DNA from: Thermodesulfovibrionia bacterium
GTDB lineage: Bacteria > Nitrospirota > Thermodesulfovibrionia > UBA6902
DNA: 64,000 nucleotides
Assembly: GCA_947259645.1 (NCBI GenBank)
Contig: CAMYND010000019.1
Coordinates: 1-64,000, forward strand
Direction: 5' to 3'
In this document: positions 58,806 to 64,000 of the stretch, piece by piece
Numbering within the stretch: the first letter of the stretch is position 1
Layout: each line of letters opens with the position of its first letter
Notes under the pieces: generated by a model
What the model was told of the DNA's origin: nothing
Database searches by the model: none
The model's input: the letters and a program-made list of their open reading frames with translations, nothing else
Translations under genes and position numbers: made by a program

Positions 58806-58914
58806 AAAAAACTGTCTGCCGGTGGCTCATATCACGAATAAAGCCCTCGTTTCGAAGTTCCTTGTGAATGAAAATTCTTGTTATATTGAGGCAGAAGTCA
58901 GAGATTTTTTTTGT

Positions 58915-58949
58915 GGCTGATAGCTGATAGCTGAAAGCTTATCGCTGCC
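58915..58949. repeat. heptamer tandem repeat GGCTGATA-GCTGATA-GCTGAAA-GCTTATC-GCTGCC
   Basis: Read directly; immediately 3' of tRNA-Cys. Confidence 0.8.
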
Positions 58950-58964
58950 TTTGGTGCGTAAAGA

Positions 58965-59040
58965 TGGAGGCGGCGAGCGGATTCGAACCGCTGCATAAAG
59001 GTTTTGCAGACCTCCCCCTTAGCCACTTGGGTACGCCGCC
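58965..59040 (-). tRNA. tRNA-Cys (anticodon GCA)
   Basis: Manual cloverleaf: acceptor GGCGGCG/CGCCGCC, discriminator U, anticodon loop CUGCAAA, T-arm AGCGG-TTCGAAT-CCGCT, CCA encoded. Confidence 0.85.
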
Positions 59041-59053
59041 GCAAAAAAAAGCA

Positions 59054-59107
59054 ATCAGCATAGAGCTGTCAGCGATCAGTTTCTTTCACTGACAGCTCTA
59101 TGCTGAT
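59054..59107. repeat. 19-bp perfect inverted repeat (ATCAGCATAGAGCTGTCAG ... CTGACAGCTCTATGCTGAT) forming a hairpin between tRNA-Cys and tRNA-Gly
   Basis: Read directly; 16-nt loop. Contains GCTGA-type motifs related to the heptamer repeats. Confidence 0.8.
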
Positions 59108-59124
59108 CGCTCATCGCTGTCTTA

Positions 59125-59199
59125 TGGAGCGGGAGACGGGGTTCGAACCCGCGACAACCACGTTGGCAACGTGGAGCTCTACCACTGAGCTACTCCCGC
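59125..59199 (-). tRNA. tRNA-Gly (anticodon GCC)
   Basis: GCGGGAGTAGCTCAGTGGTAGAGC...; anticodon loop UUGCCAA; T-loop GGTTCGAAC; CCA encoded. Confidence 0.88.
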
Positions 59200-59265
59200 A
59201 AGACTAGTTACATTAAAAGTCGAAAATCGTACTACCGGATCTTGACAATATCAGTAAGCGCGTAT

Positions 59266-59294
59266 TGCCATACGCCCCTGCAACGTCTATAATA
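59266..59294 (+). promoter_or_regulatory. sigma70 promoter for trpE (TTGCCA-N17-TATAAT)
   Basis: TTGCCA at 59266-59271 and TATAAT at 59289-59294, with exact 17-nt spacing. Short leader (about 35 nt), no leader peptide. Confidence 0.55.
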
Positions 59295-59334
59295 GACACC
59301 TAAAATAGTAATTAAAAAGGGGCAATTTTGTCAA

Positions 59335-60819
59335 ATGCTGTATCCGAATCTCAAAGAGTTTAAAGAATACGCGAAAAAAGGCAATCTCATCCCTATATAC
59401 AAGGAAATTCTTGCTGACCTGGACACACCCCTGTCCGCATTTCTTAAACTCAAAAGCAAGGCCTGCTTTCTCCTTGAAAGCGTTGAGGGCGGCGAAAAGT
59501 GGGGGCGTTACTCCTTTATCGGGAGCAATCCCTCAGTTATTATTGAGGGGAGCGGAAAGTCCCTGACCATCAGAAAAGGCAGGCACAAAGAGAAGTTCGA
59601 GGCCAGGAAAGACCCCCTTGAAATTATATCCACTGAATTAAAAAAATATAAACCCGTAATTGTGCCTGGACTGCCCCGTTTTTTTGGCGGCTTTGTCGGA
59701 TATATCGGCTATGACACGGTACGATATTTTGAAGAACTGCCTGATCGCAAGCTCGATGGGCTCGGTCTGCCGGACATCTTCCTGATGCTCACCGACACGC
59801 TTGTTGTATTTGATAACCTGACCCACAAGATAAAGGTGATCTCAAATGCCCATGTGGAAGGCAGACCTGAAGTCGCTTATAAAAAGGCGCTCAGCAAGAT
59901 TGATCTCATTGTAAAAAAACTCAGATCCAGAACTGTTATGCCGAAGACAGCCAATGCTCGCTCTTCACGAAAACCACAGGGGAAGAAGACATTTTCATCT
60001 AATTTCACAAAAAGAGCCTTTATCAAGGCGGTGGAAAAGACAAAAGAATATGTAAAGGCAGGTGATGTGATCCAGACAGTAATATCACAGAACTTTGAGA
60101 AAGAGACAGAGGTCACCCCCATAAATGTCTACCGGGCTCTTCGCGTTATTAACCCGTCTCCCTACATGTATTATATTGAAACGGGGACCAGCACCATTGT
60201 AGGGACGTCGCCGGAAATCCTTGTTCGAGTCGAGGGAAAGGCCCTTGAACTCAGGCCGATAGCAGGAACGAGGAGGAGAGGAAGAACCCCTGAAGATGAC
60301 ATCTATATGGAAAATGAATTAAAAGAAGACCCAAAGGAAATAGCCGAACACATCATGCTTGTTGACCTCGGGAGAAACGACCTCGGCCGGGTCGCGGTCA
60401 CAGGCTCAGTCAAGGTCACAGAGCTGATGAATGTTGAGAGATATTCCCATGTCATGCACCTGGTGTCAAACGTGGTTGGGACGCTGAAGAAAAAACATGA
60501 CGCCTTTGATGTTCTCAGGGCTTCATTTCCGGCAGGCACCGTGACAGGGGCCCCGAAAATCAGGGCAATGGAAATCATCGAAGAGCTTGAACCCACAAAA
60601 AGAGGTCCCTATGCGGGGTCAATAGGATATTTTGATTTCTCAGGAAATATGGATACCTGCATCACAATAAGAACGATCATATTTAAGGGCAACAAGGCCT
60701 ACATTCAGGCAGGCGCCGGAATTGTGGCGGATTCTGATCCGGAACTGGAGTACAAAGAAACGGTCAACAAGGCCAAGGGTATGTTCCGTGCAATTGAAAT
60801 GGCGGAAGATGAGTTATAG
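59335..60819 (+). CDS. trpE: anthranilate synthase component I
   Basis: [18 protein letters not shown]; GTRRRG; [17 protein letters not shown] chorismate-binding signature. Confidence 0.93.
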   Translation: MLYPNLKEFKEYAKKGNLIPIYKEILADLDTPLSAFLKLKSKACFLLESVEGGEKWGRYSFIGSNPSVIIEGSGKSLTIRKGRHKEKFEARKDPLEIISTELKKYKPVIVPGLPRFFGGFVGYIGYDTVRYFEELPDRKLDGLGLPDIFLMLTDTLVVFDNLTHKIKVISNAHVEGRPEVAYKKALSKIDLIVKKLRSRTVMPKTANARSSRKPQGKKTFSSNFTKRAFIKAVEKTKEYVKAGDVIQTVISQNFEKETEVTPINVYRALRVINPSPYMYYIETGTSTIVGTSPEILVRVEGKALELRPIAGTRRRGRTPEDDIYMENELKEDPKEIAEHIMLVDLGRNDLGRVAVTGSVKVTELMNVERYSHVMHLVSNVVGTLKKKHDAFDVLRASFPAGTVTGAPKIRAMEIIEELEPTKRGPYAGSIGYFDFSGNMDTCITIRTIIFKGNKAYIQAGAGIVADSDPELEYKETVNKAKGMFRAIEMAEDEL

Positions 60820-60875
60820 TGTCCTGTCGCAGGGGCTTATTGCATTATGCCTCTGCATTGAAAGGAGTTAGACAA

Positions 60876-61448
60876 ATGTTACTAATGATCGACAATTATG
60901 ATTCTTTTACATACAACCTTGTCCAGTATTTAGGGGAGCTGGGCGAAGACATACGGGTCTTCAGGAACAATAAAATTTCAATAGCTGAAATAGAGAAACT
61001 CAAGCCTGACAGGATCGTCATTTCCCCGGGTCCGTGCACGCCGAAGGAGGCCGGCATATCTGTAGACGTGATCAAACAGTTCGCCGGACGAGTTCCGGTC
61101 CTCGGGGTCTGTCTTGGCCATCAGTCAATAGGTGCTGCATACGGCGCAAAAATTGTAAACGCTCCACGGCTCATGCATGGAAAAACTTCCATGATTGAGC
61201 ATGATGGCAAAACAATTTTCAAGGACCTTCCAAACCCTTTCGAGGCAACACGGTATCATTCGCTGATTATAAAGAAAGAGACCCTGTCAAAAGATTTTGT
61301 AATCAGCGCCTGGACAGACCAGGGCGAAATCATGGGCATACGGCACAAAAAACTGCCCATTGAAGGCGTGCAGTTTCATCCTGAATCGATCCTTACAAAA
61401 GCTGGAAAAGATCTGCTGCGCAATTTTTTGCGTATCAAGATGGCCTGA
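60876..61448 (+). CDS. trpG: anthranilate synthase component II (class I glutamine amidotransferase); ORF called from 60819, AAAGGAG SD favours ATG 60876
   Basis: [15 protein letters not shown]; GVCLGHQ (catalytic Cys); HPES. Confidence 0.92.
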   Translation: MLLMIDNYDSFTYNLVQYLGELGEDIRVFRNNKISIAEIEKLKPDRIVISPGPCTPKEAGISVDVIKQFAGRVPVLGVCLGHQSIGAAYGAKIVNAPRLMHGKTSMIEHDGKTIFKDLPNPFEATRYHSLIIKKETLSKDFVISAWTDQGEIMGIRHKKLPIEGVQFHPESILTKAGKDLLRNFLRIKMA

Positions 61449-61624
61449 GCCACAGGGCTTTGGAACTTCATATCCAGCGTGCGTATCCGGGCAGGCCTAA
61501 GGTGATTTTTAAGGGCAAATCTGTTAAACTACTGAAGTTAAAGATTGATGCATAAGGGATCACTACAGGCATTTAATTGGCTGTTTTTCGCGGTTCATAT
61601 TTTAAGAGTTGGCCCTATCAGAAC

Positions 61625-62095
61625 ATGAAACTCCCCTATCACATTGCTGCTTCAACAGCTGTTTCAGGAGCATTATACCTGACCTTCAGGTCATGGGGCC
61701 TGGCTGCCGCCAGTTTCATCGTGGGAATATTTATAGACCTTGATCATCTGTCTGATGTCATGCGGGAACATGGGAAGTCAGTAAGCATAAAAGATTTTTT
61801 CCGCATTTGTGAGACTGCCCAGTTTAACCGCATAGTCCTCATCTGCCATGGATGGGAATGGCTTGTCCTCGGAACAGCCGCAGCCTGGTTTGCAGGCTGG
61901 AACCCGTGGGCTGTGGGCGCCCTGATCGGACTTGCCCATCACCTGGCATTAGACGCAGTCCATAACAGCTCTGACCCGCGAAGTTACTTCCTCTTGTGGC
62001 GGTGGAAAAACAACTTTGATTTTGACACCTGCTTCTCAAAAATGACTGAATGCAAATATGGCTCAGTGAGCTACTCCCCAAAAGATATCAATTAA
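61625..62095 (+). CDS. membrane-bound metal-dependent hydrolase, YdjM/DUF457-like (ORF called from 61577)
   Basis: Hydrophobic helices with His/Asp positions (IDLDH, CHGWEW, AHHLALDAVH). Confidence 0.5.
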   Translation: MKLPYHIAASTAVSGALYLTFRSWGLAAASFIVGIFIDLDHLSDVMREHGKSVSIKDFFRICETAQFNRIVLICHGWEWLVLGTAAAWFAGWNPWAVGALIGLAHHLALDAVHNSSDPRSYFLLWRWKNNFDFDTCFSKMTECKYGSVSYSPKDIN

Positions 62096-62220
62096 AACTG
62101 TCCGCCCATCTCTGATGAAACTCATTCCTGAATATTTTATCGTTCCCTATGATACAATGAGGCATTTCTGCAATAGCACACAGGAACCATTCAGGTCGAT
62201 CATTATCTCAGGAGGAACAT

Positions 62221-63231
62221 ATGCTAAAAAAAGCGATTAGTCTGGCCGTGGAAGGCAAGGATCTGTCAACAGACCAGATGGCAGATGCTATGAGAGAGAT
62301 CATGGGAGGCAAAGGGACTGATGCCCAGATCGGCGCCTTTCTGACCGCGCTGCGCGTAAAAGGGGAGAGTATTGACGAAATCACCGGAGCAGCAACGGTT
62401 ATGAGGGAAAAGGTCTCAGCTATAAAAGCCCCTGCCTTCACTATTGACACCTGCGGAACAGGCGGTGACATGTCTCATACCTTTAACATTTCAACAACTG
62501 CCGCTCTTGTCGCGGCTGCATGCGGCGTTCCCGTAGCAAAACATGGGAACCGTTCTGTCTCCAGCAGCTGTGGTAGCGCTGATGTTCTTGAGGCACTGGG
62601 TGTCAAAATTGACCTGGAGCCTGCAAAAGCTGAAAAATGTCTGGAGTCCACGGGTTTCGCTTTTATGTTTGCTCCCCTGTTTCACCCTGCGATGAAATTC
62701 GCTATAGGGCCTCGTAAAGAAATGGGAATAAGGACCATATTCAACATCCTCGGACCGCTCACAAACCCGGCAGGCGCCCAACGGCAGGTGCTGGGAGTGT
62801 TCAGCGATCACCTTACAGAAGTAATGGCACATGTGCTCCTTAACCTGGGCACTACACATGCATTCGTTGTCCATGGGGAAGACGGTCTGGACGAGATTAC
62901 CAACACTGACAGGACACGGGTGTCTGAACTCAGGGAGGGAACGGTCAAGACATACTCTATCTCTCCTGAAGACTTTGGTTTAGCGAAATGCGGCAAAGAA
63001 GACCTTGTCGGTGGAAATGCAGGGGAAAACGCAAAGATAACCCTGAATATTCTTGATGGTCAGAAAGGCCCCGGAAGGGACATTGTCCTCATGAACGCGG
63101 CTGCCTCTCTGGTGGCTGCAGACAAGGTCAAGAATTTCATTGAGGGCGTAACCGCGGCATCCCGGGCTATTGACTCAGGGGCAGCGAAAAAGAAACTGGA
63201 AGAAATAAAAGAGGTTAGTAACAGGTTGTAA
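62221..63231 (+). CDS. trpD: anthranilate phosphoribosyltransferase
   Basis: GAFLTALRVKGES; DTCGTGGD; NRSVSS; GPLTNPA. Confidence 0.93.
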   Translation: MLKKAISLAVEGKDLSTDQMADAMREIMGGKGTDAQIGAFLTALRVKGESIDEITGAATVMREKVSAIKAPAFTIDTCGTGGDMSHTFNISTTAALVAAACGVPVAKHGNRSVSSSCGSADVLEALGVKIDLEPAKAEKCLESTGFAFMFAPLFHPAMKFAIGPRKEMGIRTIFNILGPLTNPAGAQRQVLGVFSDHLTEVMAHVLLNLGTTHAFVVHGEDGLDEITNTDRTRVSELREGTVKTYSISPEDFGLAKCGKEDLVGGNAGENAKITLNILDGQKGPGRDIVLMNAAASLVAADKVKNFIEGVTAASRAIDSGAAKKKLEEIKEVSNRL

Positions 63232-63233
63232 GG

Positions 63234-63260
63234 AAGCTATCAGCTATCAGCATTCAGCTT
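63234..63260. repeat. heptamer tandem repeat, minus-strand reading (AAGCTGAAT-GCTGATA-GCTGATA-GCTTCC)
   Basis: Read directly; immediately 3' of trpD. Confidence 0.75.
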
Positions 63261-63404
63261 AAAAAATGTAGCAAGCCTTATTTTAGAGAGCAAATGCTTC
63301 AGTAAAATTGATTTTATAATCAATCCTCTCGTCATCTTTTTTATAGATTTATAAACTGCAGCGCTGATCGCTTACGTTGATTATTTAATTAATCTTTGTT
63401 TCTA

Positions 63405-63439
63405 AACTGATAGCTGAATACTGACAGCTGACGGCTTCC
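63405..63439. repeat. heptamer tandem repeat AACTGATA-GCTGAAT-ACTGACA-GCTGACG-GCTTCC
   Basis: Read directly; just upstream of dnaE. GCGCTGATCGCTTACG at 63361-63376 is related. Confidence 0.75.
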
Positions 63440-63481
63440 TCCCGTTTGACTAATCGACAAACAATATTCTAAAATTTTCTC

Positions 63482-64000
63482 ATGCATGCCGATTATGTTC
63501 CCCTTCATTTACACACCGAATACAGCTTACTTGATGGCGCAATAAGGATAAAAGATTTAATAGAAAAAGCCCAGGAGCACAAGCTTGCGGCTGTTTCCTT
63601 GACCGACCACGGGAACCTCTACGGTGCAATTGATTTCTATAAGAAAGTTTCTAAGGCCGGGCTGAAGCCCATCATCGGCTGTGAGGTCTATATAGCGCCC
63701 GGCTCACGTCATGATAAGGGAAATTCACCCAGCATATCCGAATCAGCATTTCACATGATTCTGCTCTGCAAAGACATTGACGGATACAGAAACCTGACCC
63801 GCCTCGTCAGCAGCGCTTTTATCGAGGGCTTTTATTACAAACCAAGAATAGACCGTGACATCCTTGAACAACACAGCGGGGGACTGATAGGGCTCTCTGC
63901 CTGCCTCAAAGGAGAAATTCCTCATTACCTCATGGCAGGGATGATTGACAAGGCCAGGGAGACCGCCCTTGAGTACAGAAGAATCTTTGGCGCTGAAAAT
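63482..64000 (+). CDS. dnaE: DNA polymerase III alpha subunit, N-terminal PHP domain (partial; continues past window end)
   Basis: Frame from ATG 63482 translates MHADYVPLHLHTEYSLLDGAIRIKDLIEKAQEHKLAAVSLTDHGNLYGAIDFYK...PIIGCEVY... and runs stop-free to 64000. Absent from the ORF track because no stop falls within the window. Confidence 0.85.
   Translation, partial: MHADYVPLHLHTEYSLLDGAIRIKDLIEKAQEHKLAAVSLTDHGNLYGAIDFYKKVSKAGLKPIIGCEVYIAPGSRHDKGNSPSISESAFHMILLCKDIDGYRNLTRLVSSAFIEGFYYKPRIDRDILEQHSGGLIGLSACLKGEIPHYLMAGMIDKARETALEYRRIFGAEN

Overview
This 64 kb chromosomal window appears to come from an anaerobic, Gram-negative bacterium with a deltaproteobacterial- or Nitrospirae-like gene repertoire. 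The evidence is a multihaem c-type cytochrome, NIF-type nifU-nifS Fe-S assembly genes, lolCD, and prepilin peptidase. It opens with the 5' third of a 16S rRNA gene on the minus strand. Divergent from that lies a CIRCE-controlled hrcA-grpE-dnaK-dnaJ operon. The remainder is mostly housekeeping: rsmE, der, nadA, nifU/nifS, recG-nusA-rimP, ihfA, dgt, rmuC, sixA, a DinG-like helicase, nfo, lolC/lolD, lysS, zapA/zapB, trpE-trpG-trpD, the dnaE 5' end, and tRNA-Pro, tRNA-Cys and tRNA-Gly. Signalling and envelope genes are interleaved throughout. No transposase, integrase, CRISPR array or phage gene was seen. The most unusual content is as follows: (i) an apparent two-gene operon encoding a PgaC-like processive GT2 synthase and a 1418-aa SPOR-TM-HEAT-repeat protein, in a neighbourhood dense with c-di-GMP genes (PilZ, two GGDEF proteins, HD-GYP); (ii) a GT78-like (mannosyl/glucosylglycerate-synthase-like) glycosyltransferase embedded between a PAS histidine kinase and a CheY-like regulator; (iii) a fused STAS-like/GHKL-kinase protein translationally coupled to lolD, followed by a YkgJ-type Cys-cluster protein and an MBL hydrolase; (iv) a DinG-like Fe-S helicase co-oriented with a STAS-like/wHTH protein and a small acidic Cys-rich protein next to a perfect 28-bp palindrome; (v) a dispersed family of intergenic (GCTGANN)n heptamer tandem repeats at five or more loci, plus long inverted repeats; (vi) an unlisted 44-codon ORF with a consensus AGGAGG Shine-Dalgarno at 15244. 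All functional calls rest on motif recognition by eye; no database search was run.
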